A DNA stretch of 64,000 nt from the NCBI GenBank assembly GCA_965223665.1, contig OZ245011.1, positions 3,264,001-3,328,000 on the forward strand, given 5' to 3'. The DNA comes from Nitrospinaceae bacterium. Its GTDB lineage: Bacteria > Nitrospinota > Nitrospinia > Nitrospinales > Nitrospinaceae. Below the pieces are notes generated by a model. It did no database searches, was not told the DNA's origin, and worked only from the letters and a program-made list of their open reading frames with translations. Numbering within the stretch: position 1 is the stretch's first letter; the number at the start of each line of letters is the position of its first letter. Positions 50,933-60,814 of this stretch are shown piece after piece. A program made the translations under genes and the position numbers.

Positions 50933-51236
50933 ATCATTTTCTCCATAAAAAGCGGAGCAGCAAATATGGAACCCCCGACCAGTCCATAGCTGGGGAAAAG
51001 CCTAATCCATAAAATTACATTGAATAAAAATATAAATCAAATAGAATCTCATCTAAAAATGAAAAAAGTATCTTAAGAGTAAGGAAATCAATAGAAATAA
51101 ATTTAGATATATTTTCGGCGTTGGTTATTATTGGATTTCTACATTCGAAATTAATGTTTTGATTGTTGAAGGATGAAATGGCTGGAAATTACGTTGAAAA
51201 AAGAAATTATTGGAAAAAAATTTTTTGTGAAATTAT

Positions 51237-52844
51237 TTATAAAAACTTTTGTATTGTCCGATGGAATTCATCCATATTAATTGGTTTTGTTAGATAGGCA
51301 TCGAAACCTGATTCTAGTGCCTGTTGTATATTTTCTTCCATCGCAAATGCGCTGCAAGCAATGACTGGAATTTTTTGAGTCTCCTTTTGTTGTTTTAATA
51401 TTTTTAGTGCAGAAAAGCCATCTAATTCCTCAAGATCTAAATCCATGATTATTAAATTCGGTTGTAATTTTTTGGCTAATTCAATTCCTTTATAAGCATT
51501 CAGTGACGAATGAAAGCTTATATTAGGATGCTCTGAAAGTATTCTTTCGACGAGTCGAATATTTGATAAATTATCTTCAATGTAAAGTACATGTTTGGCT
51601 TTTTTTACGATGGGGTGACCAGTTTCAATTTTTTCTTTTAATAGATATTCTTTTGAATCTAAAACAGGTGTTTTTTTATCGCCAGGCAATTCAATGGTAA
51701 AGCAACTTCCTGCACCTAATTTGCTTTCAACCATTATTTTCCCATTCATTATTTCTAATAGTTTTTTAGTGACCGACAACCCAATGCCCGAGCCTTCGAT
51801 TTCTCTTTCACTATTTCTCAATCGAGTGAAAGGTTCGAAAATGTGATGGATTTTTTCAGGTTGGATTCCCACCCCCGTGTCCTTAACGTGTAGTTTGACC
51901 AATTGATTCTCTACAAGTACCGCTTCAACAGTCACACTACCTCCTTTAATGTTGTACTTAATTCCATTGGAAATCAAATTGAGTAAAACCTGTTTTAAGC
52001 GGACTCTGTCAGCTAAAACTACAATTTCATCTTTCAAGATCTGATCAATAAGTTGGATTTCATTTTTTTCCGCTAAAGGGGACATCATCCCCAGAATACT
52101 CTTTAGGAAATGGTTAATTTCGATTCTTTCAATTTTTAAGTCATAGTTTCCTGCCTCAATACGGGCAAGGTCCAAAGATTCATTTATTAAATCAAGTAGA
52201 TGATTTCCACTTTGTATGATTTGATCAACAGATTCATTCAGTTGATTATCTGATCGGATTTTAGGATCTTTATCTAGTAACTGAGCAAACCCAAGAATAG
52301 CATTCATGGGAGTCCGCAATTCATGGCTCATCCTAAAAAGAAATTGAGATTTAGCCAAGCTTGCTTTTTCTGCAGCTTCTTTAGCCTTCAGCAAGTCATC
52401 TTTTAGCTTCTGGAGATGAAATGTTTTCTCTTCTACACGAAGTTCAAGATTATCCTTATAATCCTTCAATTCTTGTTCCATTTTTTTTCGACTGGTAATG
52501 TCGGTAGAAATTCCTCCAATTCCAAAAATTTTTCCTTCTTGATTGTGGACAGGAAATTTTACTGAGATATAAGTATGCATTCCATCTTTATGAGGGGCCG
52601 TTTCTTCTATCTCCATTACCTTTCCAGATTTTAAAACCAGGTGGTCGTTTTTCATGAATTTTTCTGCAAAGTCTAATGGGAAAAGATCTAAATCTGTCTT
52701 CCCTTTCACTTCATCATTTTTAACAGAAAATAATTTTTCATATTGTTTATTGATCAAAATGTATTTTCCCTCTAAATCTTTTATATAAATTACTGCGGAC
52801 GTATGATCAGCAAGTGTTTTTAGAAGGTCTTCGTAAAGTTTCAT
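51237..52844 (-). CDS. Soluble PAS-domain hybrid sensor histidine kinase (PAS, HisKA, HATPase, REC)
   Basis: IYIKDLEGKY..IN, TDITSRK, MSHELRTPMN, NGIKYN, GSGIGL, C-terminal REC (YIEDN, IMDL, YLTKP). Confidence 0.92.
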   Translation of the reverse strand: MKLYEDLLKTLADHTSAVIYIKDLEGKYILINKQYEKLFSVKNDEVKGKTDLDLFPLDFAEKFMKNDHLVLKSGKVMEIEETAPHKDGMHTYISVKFPVHNQEGKIFGIGGISTDITSRKKMEQELKDYKDNLELRVEEKTFHLQKLKDDLLKAKEAAEKASLAKSQFLFRMSHELRTPMNAILGFAQLLDKDPKIRSDNQLNESVDQIIQSGNHLLDLINESLDLARIEAGNYDLKIERIEINHFLKSILGMMSPLAEKNEIQLIDQILKDEIVVLADRVRLKQVLLNLISNGIKYNIKGGSVTVEAVLVENQLVKLHVKDTGVGIQPEKIHHIFEPFTRLRNSEREIEGSGIGLSVTKKLLEIMNGKIMVESKLGAGSCFTIELPGDKKTPVLDSKEYLLKEKIETGHPIVKKAKHVLYIEDNLSNIRLVERILSEHPNISFHSSLNAYKGIELAKKLQPNLIIMDLDLEELDGFSALKILKQQKETQKIPVIACSAFAMEENIQQALESGFDAYLTKPINMDEFHRTIQKFL

Positions 52845-53064
52845 GAAAAAATTGTTAAGTAAATTTTTGTTGAAATGGAGGTTAGTTGTTTAAAAGAATA
52901 TTGTAAAACAAAAAAGCTTTTGTTTTTTGATTAGGATAAAATTTTTCAATCTAATTAGGGAAATACCGCTTTACCTTTTTACCTTTTTTTGATGATTTAA
53001 GTAGGAAGGATAAAAATGAATCATTCAGGACGAGATTGGTTCGGGTTAAGGATAAAATTCTAAT

Positions 53065-53586
53065 TCATTTTCTATCCCCCGTCGCCGGAGCAATTATATT
53101 TTGATTAGACAAAATCCACTGATATTGTTCTTTGGTATCCGGTACTGTCACGCCTCTTTTTAAAGAAATGTGAGAAAATGCTTTGTCTACATTAAACCCG
53201 TAATGAATTAGAATAGCTGCTGCTACCATGCCAGCACGGCCAATACCTGCACGACAGTGAATCAAAGTATTTTTCCCACTTAAAATTTGCTGAAAAAGAG
53301 TTTTTGTAAAGTTTCCAAATTTTTCCACTGAATTTGGTAAGCCTCTATCTTGAATGGGAAAAGATAAAAAATGCATTTCGTATTTCTCAGTTAAACCTTT
53401 TTCTTTTTGCAGACCAACTTCAAATTCTTCACTGGGTTCAAGTAGAGAAACTATTTGATTAATGTTTTCATTGGCAATATTTGCAAATTCTTCTTCAATC
53501 CAATCTCCGGCAGTGGGTTTAGCCATTATGGCCATAAAACCTTTTCCGATGTTTTCAATTCTATAAATGTTAGGTTTAAATGGCAT
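53065..53586 (-). CDS. Dual-specificity / tyrosine phosphatase family protein
   Basis: P-loop HCRAGIGR; FPIQD; PDTKEQ. Confidence 0.88.
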   Translation of the reverse strand: MPFKPNIYRIENIGKGFMAIMAKPTAGDWIEEEFANIANENINQIVSLLEPSEEFEVGLQKEKGLTEKYEMHFLSFPIQDRGLPNSVEKFGNFTKTLFQQILSGKNTLIHCRAGIGRAGMVAAAILIHYGFNVDKAFSHISLKRGVTVPDTKEQYQWILSNQNIIAPATGDRK

Positions 53587-53658
53587 AAGAGAATTATTAC
53601 AAGATAAATGGTAAATAAAGAGATTTTAAAGGCAGGAAAATTTGACTTTAATAGGAAA

Positions 53659-53739
53659 TATTTTGTTGAGAAGGCCAGAGCCCCCAGATCAAGAACCCCT
53701 TCAAAACCCTGAAGACTAAGGCCCCTTCCCAATAAAATA
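53659..53739. repeat. About 80-bp imperfect inverted repeat / long hairpin
   Basis: TATTTTGTTGAGAAGG...CCTTCCCAATAAAATA arms enclosing a GC-richer core. Confidence 0.55.
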
Positions 53740-53816
53740 AACCCCATAACTATTTTTGTAGTATAGAGGATATATATAATTTACATTGATTTTCCTAATA
53801 AATCAAATAGAAAATT

Positions 53817-54746
53817 TTATTTTGAATGATTGTAAGCATTTAATAAAATTCCTTCCCGTAGACTGTATTCGCTTACTGTCAATAAGGGACATTGGAAAGC
53901 CTGCATGGTTGCAAGGACTATAGCGGTCCCAGCTATGATTAAATCTTCTCGACCTCGTTCCAAGGCGTTTATTTTTAACCGCTCCTCCAGGGATTTACTT
54001 TTGAGATTTTCCATCAATTTTTGAATATTTTCTTCAGGGAGAAGCATTCCATGAACTTTATCCGGATCATAAGGAAAAATATTCTGATCCATAGCAGCTA
54101 AGGTGGTGACAGTGCCTGCAGTTCCTATAAGTACTTCTGGTTGGGGAAGATTCAGTTTTTCTTTTATTACTCGAAATTCATCGGTCAAAAAGTTTTCTAA
54201 TTGGTAATATTCTTCGTCCAAGATTGGATGTTGAGTAATAAACCGCTCAGTAAGACGAACAACGCCAAGAAAGGTCCCATAGGAAGAAACAATCTTTTTA
54301 CCCTTAGAATAAATAAATTCGGTGCTACCTCCACCTATATCAAAAATAATGGTAGGCTTTCCTTCATCAGGAAGTTTCCAGAAAACTCCTTGTAAAGTCA
54401 GCTGTGCTTCTTCTTCCCAAGAAATGACATTTACATTCAGTCCAGTTATTTCTTTAACCTTTTCAATAAACGAATTTTTATTAGATGCTTCACGAACTGC
54501 ACTGGTGGCAACTACCTGAATTGGAATGTTTCCATGAGTTTTGCATTTAGCTTTAAAGTCATTTAAAACGTCAATGACCATCTCCATTCGATGTGGAAGA
54601 AGTCGCTTATTTAAGTGAATACCTTCTCCTAATCTGCATATAACACGCTCAGAATCAATTTCCCTAAAGTTTTCATGGGAATCTACCTCCATGATTATTA
54701 AGCGGACCGTATTAGTACCAATGTCAATGGCGGCAAATTGCTTCAT
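53817..54746 (-). CDS. ppx: Ppx/GppA exopolyphosphatase (short form)
   Basis: AAIDIGTNTVRL, ATSAVREASN, EEEA, DIGGGSTE, LREG. Confidence 0.92.
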   Translation of the reverse strand: MKQFAAIDIGTNTVRLIIMEVDSHENFREIDSERVICRLGEGIHLNKRLLPHRMEMVIDVLNDFKAKCKTHGNIPIQVVATSAVREASNKNSFIEKVKEITGLNVNVISWEEEAQLTLQGVFWKLPDEGKPTIIFDIGGGSTEFIYSKGKKIVSSYGTFLGVVRLTERFITQHPILDEEYYQLENFLTDEFRVIKEKLNLPQPEVLIGTAGTVTTLAAMDQNIFPYDPDKVHGMLLPEENIQKLMENLKSKSLEERLKINALERGREDLIIAGTAIVLATMQAFQCPLLTVSEYSLREGILLNAYNHSK

Positions 54747-54749
54747 AAA

Positions 54750-55853
54750 TTAAATTGGCAAGATGGAGTCGCTGTCTACAGTTAAAAGAAGATATAAACC
54801 GATGCAAATAAATAAAAGGTTGGGACCCCAGGCAGCTAAAATTGGATGAAAAGTTCCCCCCTTGCCCAATGAGATTCCTAACCCATAAAATAAACTGAAC
54901 CCAAAACCCATAACCAGACTAGCTGCAATACAATACAGAAGACCGCCCCGCCGACTTGAAATAAGGGCGACAGGGATTCCCAAAAAAGCCATGACAACTC
55001 CAATGAAGGGGTAAGAAAGTTTTTTGTTCAAATCCACCCAATAGGGGGAAGTGTCTACTCCCTCGCTTTCATAACTCTGAATAGTATGGAACATTTCACG
55101 TGCAGACATTTCTTCGGGTCGTTTTTGAATTTTTTGAAAATCATGAGGTTGCTCAGAAACTCGAATAACTTTTCTCTCAAAAGGTTTTGTTATATTTGTC
55201 CCATCCGCAAGAAACGATCTTGTAAAACCATTAGAAAACTCCCATCGACCATCTTTCCATTGTGCTTCTTTTGCATCTACTCTTTTAAATAAATTAGAGT
55301 ATGTACTGTCATAAAAAAGAATACTGATTCCCTTCATTTTAATTTCGTTGGGATCAAAGTAATTAATGTTCCAAATCGCTCCATTTGGAGATCGGTACCA
55401 TAAGTTATCTCGAGCAAGCTTCGCTTGGTCTGGAATTCCTCTAACTTTTACATAAAGAATATAGTTCATTTTTTGGCTGGTTATAGGTGCAATAAATTCA
55501 TTGAGAATCACAATGCATAAAGAAATTATTAAAGACATGCTCAGGATTGGCATGGTGATTCCAGTAACACTAATGCCGCAGGCTTTCATGGCAATAAACT
55601 CGTTATTACGAGAAAGTGTGGCAAGCGTAATCACGGTAGTTAAAAGTACAGATTGCGGAGCCATGTAGAACAAGATAAATGGAATTTTGTAAATGTAATA
55701 AAATAAAAAGTCACTTAATGGAGCTTTTTTTATTAAGAAATCATCCATTCTTTCAAATGCATCAATGAAAACAAATATCCCCACTAACCCGCCGAGAATA
55801 AGAAAATAGTTTTGGAGGAATTGTTTTAGAACGTAGCGTTTGAGAAGTATCAT
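54750..55853 (-). CDS. lptG: LPS export ABC transporter permease, LptG/LptF family
   Basis: LKRYV, LSRNNEFIAMKACGIS, periplasmic domain, AAWGPNLLF. Confidence 0.85.
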   Translation of the reverse strand: MILLKRYVLKQFLQNYFLILGGLVGIFVFIDAFERMDDFLIKKAPLSDFLFYYIYKIPFILFYMAPQSVLLTTVITLATLSRNNEFIAMKACGISVTGITMPILSMSLIISLCIVILNEFIAPITSQKMNYILYVKVRGIPDQAKLARDNLWYRSPNGAIWNINYFDPNEIKMKGISILFYDSTYSNLFKRVDAKEAQWKDGRWEFSNGFTRSFLADGTNITKPFERKVIRVSEQPHDFQKIQKRPEEMSAREMFHTIQSYESEGVDTSPYWVDLNKKLSYPFIGVVMAFLGIPVALISSRRGGLLYCIAASLVMGFGFSLFYGLGISLGKGGTFHPILAAWGPNLLFICIGLYLLLTVDSDSILPI

Positions 55854-55859
55854 AAAAAT

Positions 55860-56954
55860 TTAAATAGTTTTATTTGATGCAGTAAGATCAGGAATAATAT
55901 TTTCTAATGCCTTTTTTAAACTTGAAAGTTCTGGTTGTCGATTCAATGTCCGCTTCACATAACCCAGGGTGGGTTGAATATACTGAATATAACGATTATT
56001 TTGTTTGCACACACTCTGATAAGCAAATGTGCCAATCGCTTTAAGATTTCTTTGTATAGCCATATAGTCGAATATTTTTATAAATTCTTTTTTATCAATA
56101 TTATTTTTTTCTAATTTTTCTTTATTATGAATAAAACGATCAATTAAATTATCTACCCAGGGCTCAGGTAATTGAACATAAGAATCTCGCAAAAGCGATA
56201 CTAAATCATATTGGCAAGGACCCATTCGAGCGTCTTGAAAATCAATAACTACTAATTGATTATTTTGCACCATAAGATTTCGGCTGTGAAAATCCCGATG
56301 AGTAAACCAAAGTGGCTGGGATTCTAACTCCCTGCAAAGTTCAAGAAAATGACTCTGGATTTCATTTATTCGGGTATCAGACAATTTAGCTTGTAGAAGT
56401 CCTTTTACAAAGTGTTCAAGCATAAAATTTAATTCCCAAGTCAACTTTTCTGTATCGAACCGGCGATGATAAGCAGGGCAATGGCTATCGATTTTTTTTG
56501 TAGAATAAAATTGCAAATTTGAAAGCAGGTCAATTGCTTTCTCATACCAAACGAGTTTTTCATTAGAGTTTAAAGGTTTAACAAAATCCTCAAAAGTAGA
56601 ATTTCCACAATCTTCCAAAAATAACAATCCATTTTTTACATCGTAATGAAATAGCTTGGGAACTAGAATGTGATTATTTTTTAGGAATTTTAATAAAAGT
56701 GTGAAGTCAATTTCATTCTTGTCTGGTTCAGGTTTCTCTAATTGCATGAGAACCAGAGAGGTGGGTTCAGTGGAAATTTGTTCAGAGCTTGGTGTTAACC
56801 GGAAATATTGACGTGTCGAAGCATCTCCCTGAAGCAATTGAATCTCAAACTGGTCGACATCGTTTTTGAATATGTGTAACCATTTCTTTGAAAGGTAGGC
56901 GGTATCAAACCCATATTTTAATAATTCTGGGTCATTTAAAGGAGCATGTTTCAT
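55860..56954 (-). CDS. Aminoglycoside-phosphotransferase-family kinase (AmgK-like anomeric MurNAc kinase)
   Basis: GDASTRQYFR, LEDCG, HRDFHSRNLM, IDFQDA..G...YDLVSLLRD, QRNLKAIGTF. Confidence 0.85.
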   Translation of the reverse strand: MKHAPLNDPELLKYGFDTAYLSKKWLHIFKNDVDQFEIQLLQGDASTRQYFRLTPSSEQISTEPTSLVLMQLEKPEPDKNEIDFTLLLKFLKNNHILVPKLFHYDVKNGLLFLEDCGNSTFEDFVKPLNSNEKLVWYEKAIDLLSNLQFYSTKKIDSHCPAYHRRFDTEKLTWELNFMLEHFVKGLLQAKLSDTRINEIQSHFLELCRELESQPLWFTHRDFHSRNLMVQNNQLVVIDFQDARMGPCQYDLVSLLRDSYVQLPEPWVDNLIDRFIHNKEKLEKNNIDKKEFIKIFDYMAIQRNLKAIGTFAYQSVCKQNNRYIQYIQPTLGYVKRTLNRQPELSSLKKALENIIPDLTASNKTI

Positions 56955-57160
56955 TTATATTTATCTTTTGGGTGCAGACTTCTATTTGTTTGCTTCAGGA
57001 TAGAAACACAGAGTCAAAAAAATATAGTATACTACCCACCCCCTAAAGGGATCAACTAAGTGTCTTAGAAACTAAAGACCTTTGGGGGTAACATTAATTA
57101 ATCCAAAGCAAGTAGACTTTTAGCTTTGTATAGAATTTTACGAAATTTTTGGAGGAAAAA

Positions 57161-57487
57161 ATGCCGCAACCGTCTAAACATGTTTTTGTTTGTGTTAATC
57201 AACGTCCACCGGGACATCCACGCGGTTCTTGTGGGGAAAATAAGGCTATGGAGGTTTATGAGAAATTTTCCATGGGAATTGAACAAAAAATGTTGTTCGG
57301 AAAAGTATTATTAACTAACGCCGGTTGTATGGGACCATGCTCCATGGGGCCCGTAGTGGTGGTGTATCCTGATGGAATTTGGTATCGACAAGTAAAACCT
57401 GAAGATGTGGAAGAAATAATAGACTCGCACATTGTGAATGGAAATAAAGTAGATCGTTTGGAAATTCCTCAGGATCTTTGGGGTTAA
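57161..57487 (+). CDS. Thioredoxin-like [2Fe-2S] ferredoxin (start reassigned to ATG 57161)
   Basis: HVFVC.N.R..GHPRGSC, GCMGPC..GP.VVVYPDGIWY; GGAGG SD precedes ATG 57161. Confidence 0.9.
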   Translation: MPQPSKHVFVCVNQRPPGHPRGSCGENKAMEVYEKFSMGIEQKMLFGKVLLTNAGCMGPCSMGPVVVVYPDGIWYRQVKPEDVEEIIDSHIVNGNKVDRLEIPQDLWG

Positions 57488-57525
57488 TTTTCCTTATTAT
57501 TAGAAAAGCCTTTCTTGATAAAAAA

Positions 57526-58122
57526 TCAAGAAAGGCTTTCTTTTATGAGTTTCCCTAAATGTCCCCATAACTCTTTCCGGCCCAAATTTTCCTTACTGGA
57601 ATAAGAAATCATTTCAAGAGCTTTCTGGTTTAAAAAGACCTTCTTAATAATTTTTATTTGTTTGGACCGTTCCGCCTGGTTTAATTTGTCTGCCTTAGTG
57701 ATTACCAACGAGTAAGGGATTTCGTGATTTTCCAACCATTCTTGCATTTGCAAATCTAATTCGGTTGGTTTTCTCCGGTAATCTAAGATTAAGATGACTA
57801 GTATTAAATTTTTGCGTTTTAGCAAATATTGTTCAACCATATTTTGCCATTTTGCCTGAGTTTGTTTTGCTACCTTTGCGTAGCCGTAACCGGGAAGGTC
57901 CGTGAAAATAAACTGATCATTGATATTAAAAAAGTTAATTAATTGAGTTTTCCCTGGAGTGGCGCTGGTTTTAACTAGTTTTTTTCGATTGAGTAGAGAA
58001 TTGATTAGAGAAGATTTGCCGACATTGGACCTTCCCACAAACGCCAGTTCTGGATAATCCAGATGAGGATATTGTTTAGGAGTGACCGCACTAGTGATAA
58101 ATTCAGCGCTAATTATTTTCAT
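57526..58122 (-). CDS. engB: Ribosome biogenesis GTPase YsxC/EngB
   Basis: GRSNVGKSS, TPGKT, DLPGYG, TKADK. Confidence 0.95.
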   Translation of the reverse strand: MKIISAEFITSAVTPKQYPHLDYPELAFVGRSNVGKSSLINSLLNRKKLVKTSATPGKTQLINFFNINDQFIFTDLPGYGYAKVAKQTQAKWQNMVEQYLLKRKNLILVILILDYRRKPTELDLQMQEWLENHEIPYSLVITKADKLNQAERSKQIKIIKKVFLNQKALEMISYSSKENLGRKELWGHLGKLIKESLS

Positions 58123-59414
58123 GACCGAAAGGGATTAATCACCAAACCGGAAAGTAGCTTTGGATAAAAATAGGTCGCTTTTTGCGGAAGTCGAATTCCC
58201 TTCTCCGCTAAGCTGCGCACCTGATCAATTTGAGTCGCATTCATAAAAAACGCCAAATCAAATTTTCCAGCGTCCAAATTGTCCATAGTTTCTTCAGTAC
58301 GAACATTATATGAAATATATTTTTGGTGGTCAGGATTTTTGGTATCTATTTCTAATAAATGTTTAAGCACTAGGGAATGTAATTGGCAAACGTCTAATAC
58401 TTGAAGTTCATCAGGATCATCCTTACCTAAAAAGGGAATAATGTTTTTTGTATCTTTTAACCTTATGAATACACCTTCTCCCTTACCAAAGTAGATTCCA
58501 AAACTTATTTGTTGTTGTCCATATTTTTCTAAGATTTCAATCCATTGATCTGCAGATTGATTGGGCTTAGAAGGCTCTATTTCAAAAAAAGGCTCCAGTT
58601 GTTTGAGGAAATTTTTCCGATCAAAGGGTTTGGGACATTTCACTTGCCGATGAATGGGATAAATAGTGAGTGATTGCGCATCTAAATTTGTAAGAAACAT
58701 CATTACATGAGCCGCATCAGGAACTTCATGGCCATGTTCTTTAAAGTAACCAAGAGAGGTTTCGTAGCGGTGGTGGCCATCGGCTATATACACTTTTTTA
58801 TCACCAAATTGTTTGGAAATAAAAGTAACAAGCTCCTTATCTTCGATGCGCCAGACCCGATTGGTGATTGTGTCGTCCTGAATGGTGGCTAATGGGGGAT
58901 TTTTTATAACTTCATTTAATTTTTTATCGATAATTCCTTCCGGATCAGAGTACAGGCCAAATACAGGACTAAAGTTTGCCCGACATGCACGAATTAGTTG
59001 AGCACGATCTTTTTTGGCCTTAGATAGAGTGAATTCATGAGGACAAATGTTACCTTGGCTGAAATCTTCTAATTTGACTCGACCAAAAAAACCAATTCGA
59101 TGATTAGTTTTTTCATTAAAGGTGAACTCTTGACTATAAACGTAAAAGCATTGAGAAGAATCTTCCTTTAAAATTTCTTGATCCATCCATTCGCGAAAAT
59201 ATTTTGCAGACCGCGAATACCGGTTATTACCTTCTTTGTCATCAGTGAATTCCTTGCCCAAAATTAGACGGACCACGTTGTAAGGATTTTTAGAATATAA
59301 TTCTTCCTGCATATCCGGGCGAATGACGTCATAAGGTGGCGCTATCAACTCAGTCAATGAACCAGCTTTGGACTCATTATATAAGAGCCCCTTAAATGGA
59401 ACGACTTCAACCAT
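58119..59414 (-). CDS. DUF1015 family protein
   Basis: PPYDVI, PHE.T, IADGHHRYET, PQKATYFYPKLLSGL. Confidence 0.9.
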   Translation of the reverse strand: MVEVVPFKGLLYNESKAGSLTELIAPPYDVIRPDMQEELYSKNPYNVVRLILGKEFTDDKEGNNRYSRSAKYFREWMDQEILKEDSSQCFYVYSQEFTFNEKTNHRIGFFGRVKLEDFSQGNICPHEFTLSKAKKDRAQLIRACRANFSPVFGLYSDPEGIIDKKLNEVIKNPPLATIQDDTITNRVWRIEDKELVTFISKQFGDKKVYIADGHHRYETSLGYFKEHGHEVPDAAHVMMFLTNLDAQSLTIYPIHRQVKCPKPFDRKNFLKQLEPFFEIEPSKPNQSADQWIEILEKYGQQQISFGIYFGKGEGVFIRLKDTKNIIPFLGKDDPDELQVLDVCQLHSLVLKHLLEIDTKNPDHQKYISYNVRTEETMDNLDAGKFDLAFFMNATQIDQVRSLAEKGIRLPQKATYFYPKLLSGLVINPFRS

Positions 59415-59523
59415 GGTCGGTTTCCTACATTTAAAGTTTATGAATAGTTTTACGAATTTTATGTTGGGCTAAATATACCTTCTTTGGAAGTATATGACAA
59501 TATTCGACATTTAATTAAAAATA

Positions 59524-60057
59524 TTATAATGCTTCACATTTGCAGAGTTCCCGAATATAACGGACGAGAGATTGTATTACCGTATCATCTAGTGTATTCC
59601 CCCAACTAGGCATGCAAGGTGCTCGTCCCACTGAAAGTCCCCCATGTTTTATAGCTGTAAATAATTGTTCATCGGTTCGTGTTTCCAAATAAGAGGCTTT
59701 AGTATGATCGCGTGGGGGTACGGTCAAAAAAGGTGCATTAATGCCATTTCCTTTTCCTTTAACCCCATGGCATTGGGCACAATAGAATTGATAAGTATTA
59801 CGAGTTTTTTGAGATACAGGTAGGGTCTCTTTATTCGAGGGAGATTGGGGTTTAGGGATTTCGGTATTTAAGGGAGGAGTTGATTCTTTATTCTCTTGTT
59901 TATCCTGGCCACAGGAAACTAAAAATAATACTATAAAAAATAGAATTACAGTAAGAGGCCGATATGAATTTAAAAATGAAGAGATTTTTTTTAAAGACCC
60001 TTCAAAAAAATTCAACTTCATGGAATTAGATTTGCTCCCTTTATTATTTTCATCCAA
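59524..60057 (-). CDS. Monoheme c-type cytochrome, probable lipoprotein
   Basis: Lipobox-like LVSC; CAQCH; MPSWG axial Met. Confidence 0.85.
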   Translation of the reverse strand: MDENNKGSKSNSMKLNFFEGSLKKISSFLNSYRPLTVILFFIVLFLVSCGQDKQENKESTPPLNTEIPKPQSPSNKETLPVSQKTRNTYQFYCAQCHGVKGKGNGINAPFLTVPPRDHTKASYLETRTDEQLFTAIKHGGLSVGRAPCMPSWGNTLDDTVIQSLVRYIRELCKCEAL

Positions 60058-60097
60058 ATTTTTAAAAAACTAAATATAGAGAAACGGACTGAATAGT

Positions 60098-60808
60098 CTA
60101 ATCATCCTCTGATTTTTTATGAGAAATAATGTATTTTGTTAACTGCATTAAAGTGTCTTCATCCAATTTGAAAATGGGCATCCTGCCTTTATTGAGGAAT
60201 TTTTTAGGATTCTTCAACCAATGATACACCCAGGAAGCTTGTAATCGATTCCCTGCATTTAATAATGATGGTCCAGACACTCCCCCACGCGGTAATCCTG
60301 CTAAATTAACGCTTTCATGACAAGCAATACAACTATGATCACGTTCAAACTTCATTTTTGCTTTTACTTTTCCAACTTTTGAGAGAGGAGCGGGATCAAT
60401 TTCAATGGAAGGTAAATCTTTTAATTTTAGGGTCATTAAATAATTAGTCATTAATTTGGCATTTTGAGAATTCATGGTCGGATGAGGTTCTTTAAATTGT
60501 GGCGATCCTTTTAGAAATCCTGGATCTTCAGTATGTCCTGCTTTCCGAATAATGTGGGGTTTTTGAAGAAATTTTTTTACCCATGTGGGTTGTAACTTGT
60601 CACCCGAATAAAATAAATCCGGTCCAATAAATTTTTTTTCTGATGGGGTGATCGTTAATTGATGACACTCCCCACAGCTATATTTTTCGATTATTTGAGA
60701 AGGATTTGCATTTATCTGAATAGGGCTAAAAATAAAAAATATAAATAAAGCCGACCCGTAGAAACTTTGAGAAACAAATTTTAATTTCCATTTAATCCTA
60801 TTTTTCAT
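60098..60808 (-). CDS. Diheme c-type cytochrome
   Basis: Signal peptide; CGECH and CIACH, each followed by GP.L...G..LQ..W. Confidence 0.85.
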   Translation of the reverse strand: MKNRIKWKLKFVSQSFYGSALFIFFIFSPIQINANPSQIIEKYSCGECHQLTITPSEKKFIGPDLFYSGDKLQPTWVKKFLQKPHIIRKAGHTEDPGFLKGSPQFKEPHPTMNSQNAKLMTNYLMTLKLKDLPSIEIDPAPLSKVGKVKAKMKFERDHSCIACHESVNLAGLPRGGVSGPSLLNAGNRLQASWVYHWLKNPKKFLNKGRMPIFKLDEDTLMQLTKYIISHKKSEDD

Positions 60809-60814
60809 AATTCA

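Noticed and set aside
53526-53747. 73-aa ORF over the hairpin element
   Set aside because: Overlaps the phosphatase start out of frame and has no motif; an inverted repeat explains the region better
57149-57160. Track start (TTG) for the ferredoxin
   Set aside because: These bases contain the GGAGG SD for ATG 57161
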